Source: an uncultured bacterium
Lineage (GTDB): Bacteria > Omnitrophota > Omnitrophia > Omnitrophales > Abzuiibacteriaceae
Direction: 5' to 3'
NCBI GenBank assembly: GCA_964387845.1
Contig: CAYLXA010000011.1
Span: 1 to 64,000 of the forward strand
DNA length: 64,000 nt
In this document: positions 12,101 through 18,254 of the stretch, piece after piece
Layout of the letters: every line of letters starts with the position of its first letter
Position numbering within the stretch: position 1 is the stretch's first letter
Position numbers and translations under genes: made by a program
The notes under the pieces: generated by a model
What the model was told of the DNA's origin: nothing
Databases searched by the model: none
Seen by the model: the letters and a program-made list of their open reading frames with translations, nothing else

Positions 12101-15100
12101 GCCTGATTCCAACTATCCGTCAAATGGCGCTGACGGAGAAGAACGCGCTCTTAAGATCTCATGCCATTATTTTCTTTCTCGCTCTGTCTTTGCGGTATCC
12201 TCAGTTCAGAGGAAGCCGAAGGACGTTAAAACGCTTAGCGCCCGAATTGGAGCGGTATGTGCTCGAAGGGAAGGATTCCAACATGACTCAAACGGGTATT
12301 TTAGTTCTTGAGCATCTTTGGCGTCAGTTAGACAAAAATCCGGAGCGCTTCGAAACATTTATCAGCCGGTATATTTTCGGAGAAAACCATGCGCCGACCG
12401 GAATTCGGCGTACTGAAACTTATTGGGCGGGCAAATTAGCGCACTCCGAAATCTCGGAAAAGATGCCGACTCTGGACCGGATTCTGGCTAACAATGATCA
12501 GTTATCTCGTTTTCTCACTTTTCTTTCCGTTATGCGGCTTGCTTATCCTTATAGCATGATTAATGGTAGTTATGAGCGCCCGATTGCTTGGGCTAAGAAG
12601 AACCAAAAGATTTTTAAGCTCGACGAGCTCCGCATTGCGTTTGTCAGTGAATCATACCGCCGCCATATTATTTTTACGGAAGACCAAAGTCTTGCACTCG
12701 AAATAAAATTCCCAGGCGAACGCGCTTCAAGCGGCGATGTTTCGAAAATTCACGTGACATTGGCCGAAAAGTTGCGGCAGCAGCCTAAGGGTGAAACGGT
12801 GGTCAGCGAACCACTCTTTTTTATAGGTTTGAAAGGGTTATTCAATCTTTATGGCCCCCGGGAAACCTCGATTGAATATAAAGAATTTCCTTTGGGAATT
12901 GTGGGGTTCCGGTATCAAGACTCGAAACGTTTGCGTAATGTGCTTGAAGATAAAGAATTGTGGCAAGCATTTGTTGAGGAAGCTTATGGGCCATCGGACA
13001 AGTATCAACAAAAGGCCTATGTGCGGATTGCTGCGGATTTAATTATTTTTGCACTCAAGATTCATGAATTGGGTTATCAGGCCAGCACGCGCCGCCTAAC
13101 GGATCTTCACCTTGAAAATTTTGCGCTGTTGCCCGACGGCCACGTTTTTTCCGTGGCTGATTTCGGAATTTATTCCCGTAGCGGCAGCCGTTTAACCAAA
13201 TTCCGTAAAAGAAAAGAAACAAGCGGCCTGCTTGCTGCATTAACGGCTTACAAAAGCAGTCTCATTAGCGCTTGGGACAATCCGACATTTGTCATGGAGG
13301 TCGTTGACGCTGTTTTGGTTAAACTTTTAACAGGCGTTACCGATCCGGCAGAAAGAACAGAAATCATTCTGCGTGTCTTTGGGGAAGTGCGGGATATTTT
13401 TGAAAAAGTCGGCATTTCACCGCTATTCGAGGATGCGCTTGTGCGGGCTTGGGATGTTAATCAAGAGCCGGATGGATATGAAGTCCGTCAAAAAATTGCA
13501 AAATCCATCATTTCCAGATCGGTTATCGCTATTGGAATCGCATCCGATGCGTGGTCTGCGCTTCGATACGACAAAGATCAAGAAAGATTGATTACATCAC
13601 CGCTTCCGGACGATCTTGTGCATCGATTCTGGGATCATCCGGAATTGTTGCAACCGCTAGAACCGGTATTGCTAAGTGATAAAGAAGTTAATCTTCTCGA
13701 TAAAGCTTTCAAGCTTCTGCCTGAAGTGGATCGAAACCAGTTTACGTCGGATCCTAATTCTATGATCGTGTTAATGAAAGGAATGGATGCGCACATTGCA
13801 GAATCAACGATTGATTTCAAAAGATTGACGAACCCGCACGCCTATCACGACTTGGTGTCACCGCGTTTCTTTTTTGACCAGCGGCTGATCAAAGACCCGT
13901 TTGAATTCATGAAAATACTTCACAACGAGATCAAACTGCGGAATGCGATTCTTCAGAGTTTAACCGAAGATGAAATCGCGATGCTAAAAAACCGTCATTT
14001 GCCGGCTGAGCTTCAATCGAAAATCATGAAAAAAACACAGGAAACCAGAGATTTGCAGTGGGACACTTACTTTCGATCAGCCGGAAAGCAAGAACCCAAT
14101 CAAGAACAATTAAGTCTTTTGGAGGACCTTATTGTCTATGGTGCGCAGGATCATTTGCATAAAACATTCGAGTCTCCCGCAGAAGCTTTGTTGGCATTAG
14201 CAAAATCATTAGGAGAATTGAAAGGCGCTCAAAAGAAACGAACTCAAGATTTTCTATTTTACATTCACAACGAAATTTTATCTTTGATTCTGCTCAATCC
14301 AGATGCGGACTTAGATTTAAGAATATCGGCGGTTGTCTATGAGATAGAAAAGGCCAAGTTAGAATCGTTTGCGCTTTTGACTGCCGAGCCATTGGCACGG
14401 CATTTGGAGCGTATCTACGACCGGCATAAAAACGTCCGGCTGCGTGTTGTAATTCTTCGCTTCCTAGCAATTGTTCATGAGCAAGTTGAGCGGGAGATGA
14501 GAGATAATTTAAAGTCAGGGGACAATTTAGTTAAAACTCGTTACGTCGTCGAATCGATTGCCTGGAGGATGGCAGTCGGCGTTTTGAAAAACAATAAAAG
14601 CAAACGTGTCGAAAAGGAGATCGTTAAACTTTTGCTGCAGCTTTTACGGCCTTATGCCGCGGTCTCTCAAAAACCGAATCATGGGCAGTTACGTCTGCTT
14701 CTTGAGGAGGCTGTGATTTACATAAACCAGAATATCGAAAAAGATCCTTCAAAGGAAAAAAACAAGCTGCTTGCCCTGGCAATTTTAAGCAGGCAGATTC
14801 CGATTGCAAGCGACTATTTGGAAGCTGCGCTATTGCGGTATATTTTCGATTCAGATGACATTAAAGGAATACGGATGCGAAAGTCTGGCTATCCGGCGAG
14901 CGATGCTATTCAGCCTTTTGAACAAAGCATGCCCACGCTTATTCAAATATTGAAAAACAAGCAGTATTTAGCGCGTTTCATGGTTGCGCTCAGTATTTTG
15001 CGTGAAGCTTTTCCGTACCACGTCCCCAATTCGCATGATTTTAATGAAGACCTGCTTGAAACCGTAGAAACCAGTGGCGCCGTGCGGCTGAAAGAGCTCT

Positions 15101-18100
15101 TAATCGCGCCGCTTATGCATGAATATTCAAGCCACTTGGTTTCCACAGAGGACGGCCGCAATGTTTTGCGGCTGGTGATTCCGGGCGATTCTGTGCGGCA
15201 TTTTAGTAACCATCTTCGGAAAAATCATGTAGGCAAAAGAAATTTATTATTTTTTATTCCCATCCTCGGCGTCCCATTTTTGTATGGAGCTCTGGATTCC
15301 CATCGACTTTCGGGGTTTGCGGGTTACCGGGAACGCGCCAGTGAAGGTTTGACCATGAAAGAAATCAGAAGGCGTGAAATGATGAATGATCGGATTCCAT
15401 CGTTGGTCAGGACGATCTTGACGCACTTTGGCCAGAAGTATGATGCATCGGCGCTTCATGAAGCATTGGTTCGTCAGGATGTCAATCAGATCACAAAACT
15501 CATCTTCAGCGATGAATATTATCAAGATTTCAAGCAATGGCTGCTCAATTATATGCGGAACGTTTTTCATATGGAAGAAAGCGAAGTTCCGGATGCCTTC
15601 CGGCGTGCTTTAAAACAATACTTTGAGAAGAAAGAATCGCTAGGCCGCACAGAAGCAGCCGTAAAAAAATCAGCAGAAGGAAGCGACGCTCAATCAAAAT
15701 CCCGTTCAGAGCTCAGGGCAGGTGAGTTGTCCGCGGAAGTCCAATTGGCCAATGAGATCACCAAAGCCGTCACAAATTTTGCATTGTGGAAATCATCGGA
15801 ACACAAAATGTCGGTCTCTCGTCAGCAAATGCAAGGCTATAGAGATGCGCATCGGGAAGCGGATGCTTTGGTTAAGGCCGGAATCAAAACTTTGTTACTT
15901 TCCAGGGAAAGGGCAAAGCTCATTCAAGCTCGAACTGCAGTTCAACAGGCTATGAACCAGAGCGGCGTGACGGCAAAGGCAAAGAAAAGATACGAGTTTT
16001 ATATTGGGTTGCTCAATCAAGCCACCGAAAATCGTTCCGTCCCGACTCACAATAAAACGCCGGATCAGACTTCCGTTGAATATCCTCGCAATTCTTCAAT
16101 GAAAGCCAGAGCCGAGTTGCGTTCGAATCAAGCGTATCTTTGGAAATCGAAAATTACATTGGAATTGGCAAGCCCGGCCGGGAAGCCGGACGCTCCTAAA
16201 CGGTATATATTTGAAATAGAAGGCCGCAAATTCATGACGTTCGATGATCCTGATTCGGCCATTGAAATTGTGGGCGAAAGAGCGACCGATCTTGGTGTGC
16301 ACGATCCTTTTCTCAGTATTATGATCACCGAATTGCTGCCGTGGATTTTTGTTGAAAGCTTCAAAAATAGGAGGGTACGCCAACCAGACGGAAATTTTGC
16401 GCTTCAATTTCCGGAACTTGATTCCGGAGAAAAAGATATATTGGAAAGCGAAGTGCAGGTTGCTTTTGGTATTGGGAGTCAGCCGAGTTATGTTGCGTTT
16501 GGCCCCCGATGGTATCGCTTACCCGAGCGCGAATCGATTAATCAGATTGTCAATCAGGCCACCGATAGTTTTGCAGGTGATGATTCAATCGAAAAGCGTG
16601 CAGTGCCGGCTTTGGTGACTTTGGTCAAAGTTTTGAATGACGAAAGCCGAAGCGATGTTGAAACTTACATCGAACAGAAATTTGGTCCGCATGAATTCTT
16701 AAAACGTATGCTGACTTCCGAGAGAGTTACAAAAAACACTTTTTTTGATTTTGTCCGCCGTAATTTATTTTTGGAGCGGATCGGTGAAAAGTGGTTTCCC
16801 TACGGCCTATATACAGATACTAGGCGGTCTGAGCTAAGGCATGATTTTCGCTTTCTCCTAGGAATAGAGCGCGAAGAAGAAATGCAGAAAATCTTCGACA
16901 AGATTAAGCGGGGAGATTCCAACGACATCGAGCAAGCCTTAGGTTCCTTGATTGATTTTATCGGTACGATTCCCAATTTTTTAGATGACCGAAAGTGGGC
17001 GGAATTAAGGAAGTGGATTGCCCGGAATGTGGTTGGCAGCATCAATGTTTCATCTTTTAATACAGCCGGTATTCAAGATTTACTTATCCGTTTTTACAAT
17101 ATCCTGCCGGGCCCTACGACATTGGCTCTGTCTGCTTCGCTGGATGATGAAACCGAATTTGGTGAGCGCATATTTATATTAACTTTCTTATTAGCGGGTA
17201 TTCAAGAATCCGAAAACATAGCAAAGGTTGTATTGCGCAATCGTGTTTTTCAACGAGAAGCAAGCCGGCCAAAAACCGATAATGAAGCCCAGCTTTTTAA
17301 TCAAATTCACCAAGCAATCGATAGAAAAATTAAAGATCAGGCTTCGCCTAGCCCGGCTGCCGGGGAATTATCCGACCCACGATCTGAGCTTCGGATTGCG
17401 TTTACGGATGAGCTTCATCCGGAATTGTTAAGCAGGGAATTTGCAGACGAAAATTCGATCCGAAACAATTTAATAGAGGTTATGAGCGAGCCCAAGACTC
17501 GTGTGGAACTGTTGGGAATTAAAACAGGCGAGTTCATTCAGCGCACGATGGGCAAGATGCAGGTTGTTTTCGAGAAAACCGGCGAACGGGTCGATTCCCT
17601 GACGGGTGAACATGTTATAGAAATCGAATTTAATGTGATTGCGACAAAAGTTCATACCGAGTCCGGAACTATCGAAGCGCGAACGAAACCAAACAGCCGG
17701 TTGTTTGAAGGGCTAAATGCCGGTATCGTGCCGGAAATTAAAATTCGTTTTAACACGGCAATGACGAACGGGATTCGTGCGGTCAATGCGCGCCACGGGG
17801 AAATGGACGAAATTTTCGCTTCTCAAGTTCCGGATTTGGCGAGCGGTTTGGAACGTGTCGGACCCATTGCGGGCCATGATCTTATTTTCGGTGAGGATGG
17901 ATCGCCGCTTTTTGCGGAATATTTTCTTAAAAGATTCGGCGTTCTGGCCGTCGTTACGAGTTCACAAGCTGAAGAAGACTTTTTAGATCCGATCCGGGAT
18001 GACTTACAAAACGGGGAAGTGTTGATTGTCGCTCAAAGTTTTGAAGAAGCGCGCTTGGAACTTAGGAAAAGGGGATTTACGAATCAATTATTGCTTGTTT

Positions 18101-18249
18101 CCGAGTTTGATTTCGTTTCTGATTCGGTTAAGTCACGGGCCTATCAAATGAAAGTCTTCAGCAGGTCTGAAATGCGGCGGTTGCTTTCGGTTGTGGAAGA
18201 GGCAGCCATTCAAATCCGTTCGGAGCTCCGGACAGCCGTTTCGGCGTAA
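172..18249 (+). CDS. giant multi-domain membrane protein (6025 aa): N-terminal signal/TM, HEAT-like repeat arrays, acyl-CoA dehydrogenase-like domain, alpha/beta-hydrolase domain, APH/kinase-like motif, multiple TM clusters; recurrent SRSELR motif
   Basis: Single uninterrupted ORF from the six-frame track. Domain-level similarity in one frame throughout: ACAD motifs (PEEFGGSGLS, LNGTKRFITN, FEGMNDV), hydrolase GYSMG nucleophile elbow, HEAT-like AAAAYA repeats. The likely true start is ATG at 181, preceded by GGAAGGA; the TTG at 172 is the track start. A hydrophobic N-terminus (IIFLKVVAITLCFTFSVTSTIAYG) suggests a signal peptide or anchor. Stop is TAA at 18247-18249. Confidence 0.8.
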   Translation: MEGMSNYPPARIMRSQIIFLKVVAITLCFTFSVTSTIAYGDSSVIIESFKHNAWHVTPAFPGNKPAQLLDFARKADLVVASGRAELRAKELQATSLKLQSDPSALKVLKPEAEESRSELRNEEGELMKRPRARRDAREDAAEIEPAVETEAVVQAEDAEINYNHFAQRIINEPVGKLLIDKSMVEQIGKLNVPQFKQMFYMDVGALNAYFVLYTMIKENRELNPAIHDHILTEEAKEREKTAAADKAVQAKAQEQEVTARDTASKVKLVEKKRAKSQKKEAGIDTIERVQLAPVEATKLTQGLFRRTLSKYKQLWKQIRQNNLDKKDRALVMATNIMLLGGAAFSTMLWVSTDFGKYAAWFGYLSTVFLSEAGLPLFVNFVGTIDEMVLDVKAVNATERFIESLDRFEEFFRRMPLNPITEKGLIKGIRSLPAEIQLELKKISEGKDWDYRNLEKWYEIRRNQVIRILRKADLVIPGELENAPAWQEEENGGNPRVHRGKLLKLVSEAVNDSRNANRVEEYRKWAEKYKKARTLLRKIKGLNEEEMHLLAVQLTTTSFYGHPELEKRLVRAFSRIEKRQKNADQAVFLDREEGSSYTFSAQGLVDYVAARFRLSESDYDLEIDPVPPDFVNQVRIRSELRISFLQKLAIITTLLTAFFIPNTSKASTIPVGFMPPIDSAYLHSEGVREIRDDEKNVWQYQKYSNLDILTAAAVLNATRESPNASVDAGVIGVFRNERKPLEERILAATVLMLKQKDFKKEAGDFLVKILHDETKPGLDRTMAAAAYARLIDESSHKKTHKFAMDYLVRVLYDADKPYAERLYAASAYALFKAGRDYIDGPNYKTTIEYAMSILVSALHDEEAPVSHRLIAAAAYAGLDDMNFGDTHEYAIRYLKQVYQNPKSQFSNRVTAAAALLAADEYDSEDKFLALMLRLPSFDKKGNVVNERTPVDLLDAIQNGALTDAGAHAVKEKLKTILDEGRLNHDVGLLVRYAEVLENPTAVDFAEIVKLVSAVLPDEENRLEFWFDIAKKVQDPEKFNFNSYVLKNLLTDPVLDPAQVPDQEIMEFLIKNHPDQELRKQLKVRMKESQWQMVKGTQVVYLALVFMVGVGISIQQMKARRRSELRSILIELWNSVQTIARDPIYGPSYAICFGLMAYMVIKFGPRRGSFFPGSSRNIERMIRAKFKNASPSDLDQARTIVKELRDKIEKNLERPHFEIRYVLPAIIQSANSVEQLRKFVESLGVWKDAGWFDRLIGGVLPLSLVGRLGEAPLLVGNPYEKPAIEKAMKGIARAIQSSDEFREGFETVVIFFEKLKQATARKKYFRNESIISPQVAWEELLQKAHQIRMQHGDFTVSFQPEEREIINNRYTDKVLQHQVISVNEPSVASARSVPTHNKMPGTSIDGKVGTAQTSDENSSGSSMKVRAELRQASSRMRAKQERLFTERAASRRIARIDRWFQHYHDDYDMNWNPEFFASKHETFLDRIKTQLRDFEIENEAIDIAIEQSMSILIAGVPGGIIRAFLKRFTNMVHRHIYGPVAVEEINDRMRHFKERIDRSLESAASLDERRRLMKGYRLKHGYLWIDNVRTSFEELPVDHSTASTVKVIGPREMKIHQIAGYFENILHRKRGLLTDQKDHEILKFLVGRLTDSDPWVVKAAVWGINRIADRMDPVLKQFILERYYEILSGNHSEVARGSIARSIREVFNPQSLDVALEMLKTEQTEWVQTYLVEVIQTIVSQSDKKSLRYKHSRDIIEQLLEKAVGDPDAKRSHIMLRVGSIKALAELLWYDPEVLDRLKEMVLTEPDSTIQEAAMWALARLHVATPEGMAQIDSLLETLTAYLESSHAGRKNVFLEQYARQLLFWLQRLSSNRDLKAKILSMKRTNPDFSLTEKIILGALNQIEKYTKRLKLLEHANWIFELFQSAIFRRARSGSARTLTAYHDRLKAQAKRDAVYFSGRAMNPVILLDIDAILPKEGDEAAKASESDHVFDILKSFMDRGWSVVATDRYREERDAAHFNVAQGAEMKLKSKVLRQAIKFLASNRPIRIPSKDWSRGKRHQRMSGLLVPVPDEPIVVLVHGPELWMVKDIMPGTFSGIVSVGDYKDASNGVYLDKLIDAIEKKANGRIVQREPSRSELRHGPEDFVRDETARMVRELVGTFYKKSVYPFAHEIDKGNIRIEDQILEEAAQAGLFGLAIPEEFGGSGLSPILKIIADIIGWYINPSVALSIGVHNSVVKGPIQDYGTEEQKKKYLTKLASGELIGGYALTELEAGSQALSKRFPLQTTAVPVEVDGKQYYKLNGTKRFITNARFAGVFVGFAMLGDERRVFIIDRDLEGVSVGEDEQKSGLKGSSTADLILQDVLVPAENLIPGDGIKIGMSTMSQGRLSIAASALGGSMRIFDDTLEYSKLRKQFGGPIWQFGGVKQTLAEMAADLYAQESVVYAVASLLTEGKVNAAFESAVAKVFVTEKFNHIAQKGVKTHGGAGYISDTPTARIGQDAIVTEIFEGMNDVLYSNVIAALYLKKLMTEGNQVLNISDYGQFYPEIQKLSSLIGQTGKVILGKFGTLTPENQDEYMAFGKMASEFYAIVSAVRRTRKITSEINPDDPKLKHFLDVTRLVVARGTKRIRDEASHFVDPDVFGVSSDQRKYFELTRGIAEHLVVNPPKRIVEFNASNESQSSRAELRLDPVYLVDLTVFGLLAILPSWFALKLTTERYAKRTIDQLYSPAVQEEMDANRSFNVNFLTFFYDRAVHWVRFLVISFLHGFSAWVASYYAFAMYYPAASIFWPLVAAAAAFGASGVSLWIRDKKQVRQKITVAAQIPAKQIHGKFELNFDLVFGFDLRELLDGKTGEEQALQNLRAKVEEQVERIAANKGAVPAEVGKVLVPVTPESFASTGPNFKVEGLRGQFTVRIPRSNINTMHSFPLNVTSVYLGGQKIAVGTVFFEKNKDARSELRSEGAAKSAFSNFLASVPEDSEKWKSFLREQLALFAAEWVKLPGELQNFFPEETHLFQEFTADNIPAVNLDNFFKLAAVRDAVVDFMPKLNQSSSLPQNAEAVQIPGFNGALLDGWVIRAADSKQENHPAFLILPPWGDDISKYGKLAELLHQEFPSFHVIGLDYTKDPNLETILNTGGIAESFDIEAVIRALSRFSDLKIDPSKITGIGYSMGANTLAILQKRTGLLSHFVPIGLHDSYASVLAGYYENVHIPRIARIVTRRGYSFIDWTDPMIREHAKRLLIEARLRMNQFTIARREIPVKPEDDPFLDLAETASSLQIPVHFVFEEESDLLQESVRDFYRALAGQMNESGRTAQYNTYPGKHNKIDPASLVSDLKTFLTSRSELTSARAEPKTISASSQSAMMSELRKQNHFILFVAGSILFWAGCLMTEQKPVSEMPAETPIEQIAETSEPVTNAPADDISEPAEIQKQPRAPPKSEFETLLEALETGNDDERWDAAKTLSRSANSAASGTFLKALQDSNSLVRREAIIFFRYHHDPRAPKVLIELYRKELDLGIRSDIVETLGILQSAEAVSFLIQRIKREDGAAFYVLKRALVRIGVQAIEPLIDAIRFEYNKELAAKYEETLREIFRNPDAAEQRKKAEKHWYEAVRRAALGITSRSELRKFHEPKPQASGVDAGIYIEGLEKVIRANRFSALRYDRTKKRWVMTSILIDGKKRKGLLLSRKQLDGVNLAFSTLHQKLQKEMTEKSNARIIFVKGLMPILGNHMPWVQRPAGLSGFSKPDFILDRNAAYNPLALLDQFEYEIRRKRLMAGQFSPAEKRELIRNPNTFDLRVKFKQVYLEAHAQLIQDNVINSRDELSFYDSTQRTRLLELVILQAAQEATQVRYRSVENALKALDEAAKDGNHSGHQVAIGILALHASDIAARLIKKSDNESIKIAALDYIASALIDQDTASPAIEITGGLHHEIRNILTNSKNPRLKAAALQLFTVLIYVQLVDSNEKLNALEYHYANLELVIRSLIPTIRQMALTEKNALLRSHAIIFFLALSLRYPQFRGSRRTLKRLAPELERYVLEGKDSNMTQTGILVLEHLWRQLDKNPERFETFISRYIFGENHAPTGIRRTETYWAGKLAHSEISEKMPTLDRILANNDQLSRFLTFLSVMRLAYPYSMINGSYERPIAWAKKNQKIFKLDELRIAFVSESYRRHIIFTEDQSLALEIKFPGERASSGDVSKIHVTLAEKLRQQPKGETVVSEPLFFIGLKGLFNLYGPRETSIEYKEFPLGIVGFRYQDSKRLRNVLEDKELWQAFVEEAYGPSDKYQQKAYVRIAADLIIFALKIHELGYQASTRRLTDLHLENFALLPDGHVFSVADFGIYSRSGSRLTKFRKRKETSGLLAALTAYKSSLISAWDNPTFVMEVVDAVLVKLLTGVTDPAERTEIILRVFGEVRDIFEKVGISPLFEDALVRAWDVNQEPDGYEVRQKIAKSIISRSVIAIGIASDAWSALRYDKDQERLITSPLPDDLVHRFWDHPELLQPLEPVLLSDKEVNLLDKAFKLLPEVDRNQFTSDPNSMIVLMKGMDAHIAESTIDFKRLTNPHAYHDLVSPRFFFDQRLIKDPFEFMKILHNEIKLRNAILQSLTEDEIAMLKNRHLPAELQSKIMKKTQETRDLQWDTYFRSAGKQEPNQEQLSLLEDLIVYGAQDHLHKTFESPAEALLALAKSLGELKGAQKKRTQDFLFYIHNEILSLILLNPDADLDLRISAVVYEIEKAKLESFALLTAEPLARHLERIYDRHKNVRLRVVILRFLAIVHEQVEREMRDNLKSGDNLVKTRYVVESIAWRMAVGVLKNNKSKRVEKEIVKLLLQLLRPYAAVSQKPNHGQLRLLLEEAVIYINQNIEKDPSKEKNKLLALAILSRQIPIASDYLEAALLRYIFDSDDIKGIRMRKSGYPASDAIQPFEQSMPTLIQILKNKQYLARFMVALSILREAFPYHVPNSHDFNEDLLETVETSGAVRLKELLIAPLMHEYSSHLVSTEDGRNVLRLVIPGDSVRHFSNHLRKNHVGKRNLLFFIPILGVPFLYGALDSHRLSGFAGYRERASEGLTMKEIRRREMMNDRIPSLVRTILTHFGQKYDASALHEALVRQDVNQITKLIFSDEYYQDFKQWLLNYMRNVFHMEESEVPDAFRRALKQYFEKKESLGRTEAAVKKSAEGSDAQSKSRSELRAGELSAEVQLANEITKAVTNFALWKSSEHKMSVSRQQMQGYRDAHREADALVKAGIKTLLLSRERAKLIQARTAVQQAMNQSGVTAKAKKRYEFYIGLLNQATENRSVPTHNKTPDQTSVEYPRNSSMKARAELRSNQAYLWKSKITLELASPAGKPDAPKRYIFEIEGRKFMTFDDPDSAIEIVGERATDLGVHDPFLSIMITELLPWIFVESFKNRRVRQPDGNFALQFPELDSGEKDILESEVQVAFGIGSQPSYVAFGPRWYRLPERESINQIVNQATDSFAGDDSIEKRAVPALVTLVKVLNDESRSDVETYIEQKFGPHEFLKRMLTSERVTKNTFFDFVRRNLFLERIGEKWFPYGLYTDTRRSELRHDFRFLLGIEREEEMQKIFDKIKRGDSNDIEQALGSLIDFIGTIPNFLDDRKWAELRKWIARNVVGSINVSSFNTAGIQDLLIRFYNILPGPTTLALSASLDDETEFGERIFILTFLLAGIQESENIAKVVLRNRVFQREASRPKTDNEAQLFNQIHQAIDRKIKDQASPSPAAGELSDPRSELRIAFTDELHPELLSREFADENSIRNNLIEVMSEPKTRVELLGIKTGEFIQRTMGKMQVVFEKTGERVDSLTGEHVIEIEFNVIATKVHTESGTIEARTKPNSRLFEGLNAGIVPEIKIRFNTAMTNGIRAVNARHGEMDEIFASQVPDLASGLERVGPIAGHDLIFGEDGSPLFAEYFLKRFGVLAVVTSSQAEEDFLDPIRDDLQNGEVLIVAQSFEEARLELRKRGFTNQLLLVSEFDFVSDSVKSRAYQMKVFSRSEMRRLLSVVEEAAIQIRSELRTAVSA
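2395..2950 (+). other. tandem ~47-aa HEAT/ARM-like repeats (motif R..AAAAYA.L.D....YA..YL..VL.D...P, 4-5 copies) inside giant ORF
   Basis: Repeated protein motifs AAAAYARL / AASAYALF / AAAAYAGL / TAAAALLAAD at regular ~46-47 aa spacing in the translation. Confidence 0.5.
4336..4455 (+). repeat. intragenic direct repeat copy 1 (encodes SVPTHNKMP...SSMKVRAELR) in giant ORF
   Basis: About 90% nucleotide identity to 16034-16122 over ~90 nt (cgttccgtcccRactcacaataaaaYgccgg ... cagacttccgWtgaa ... ttcttcaatgaaagYcagRgccgaRttgcg). Copy 1 has a ~30-nt insertion. Confidence 0.75.
6655..7745 (+). other. acyl-CoA dehydrogenase (ACAD)-like domain embedded in giant ORF
   Basis: The translated segment KSVYPFAHEIDKG...FEGMNDV carries canonical ACAD N-, middle- and C-domain motifs: GLFGLAIPEEFGGSGL, GGYALTELEAGSQ, LNGTKRFITNA, GGAGYISD, FEGMNDV. 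It begins directly after SRSELR copy 4. Confidence 0.75.
9350..10140 (+). other. alpha/beta-hydrolase fold domain (serine hydrolase, GYSMG nucleophile elbow at 9661-9675) embedded in giant ORF
   Basis: HPAFLILPPWGDD...HVIGLDY...GIGYSMGANTLAIL... followed later by Asp/His candidates (HFVFEEESD..., PGKHNK). Typical order of an a/b hydrolase with a G-X-S-X-G motif. Confidence 0.6.
10500..10870 (+). other. PBS-lyase/HEAT-like repeat module in giant ORF
   Basis: ERWDAAKTLSRS...LVRREAIIFF...PKVLIELY...IRSDIVETLGIL...AVSFLIQRI resembles E-Z type HEAT repeats. Confidence 0.4.
12990..13180 (+). other. protein-kinase-like (APH/LPS-kinase/ELK superfamily) catalytic-loop + DFG motif in giant ORF
   Basis: ...ADLIIFALKIHELGYQASTRRLTDLHLENFALLPDGHVFSVADFGIY. 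DLHLEN (13102-13119) matches the HGDLHPGN/HRDLKPEN catalytic loop (D...N). ADFG (13156-13167) matches the DFG metal-binding motif at canonical spacing. Confidence 0.4.
16034..16122 (+). repeat. intragenic direct repeat copy 2 (encodes SVPTHNKTP...SSMKARAELR) in giant ORF
   Basis: See copy 1 at 4336-4455. Near-identical nucleotide stretch despite otherwise unrelated flanking sequence. Confidence 0.75.
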
Positions 18250-18254
18250 GATTA

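Noticed and set aside
214-17655. Numerous 60-190-aa ORFs on the minus strand and in alternative + frames inside the giant gene (e.g. 135-326, 214-672, 999-1448, 7237-7809, 8465-8785, 16096-16407)
   Set aside because: They are fully embedded antisense or out-of-frame within a coding region that has coherent domain homology. They are low-complexity, have no SD sites and no recognizable motifs, so they are regarded as spurious.
172-18249. Possibility that the 18-kb ORF is an artefact of an alternative genetic code (stop-codon reassignment) or several genes run together
   Set aside because: Neighbouring genes terminate with TAA, TAG and TGA at expected positions. Domain similarity stays in one frame for the whole length, and there is no internal stop in the standard code. 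It is treated as a genuine giant gene, although an assembly or frameshift artefact cannot be excluded without reads.
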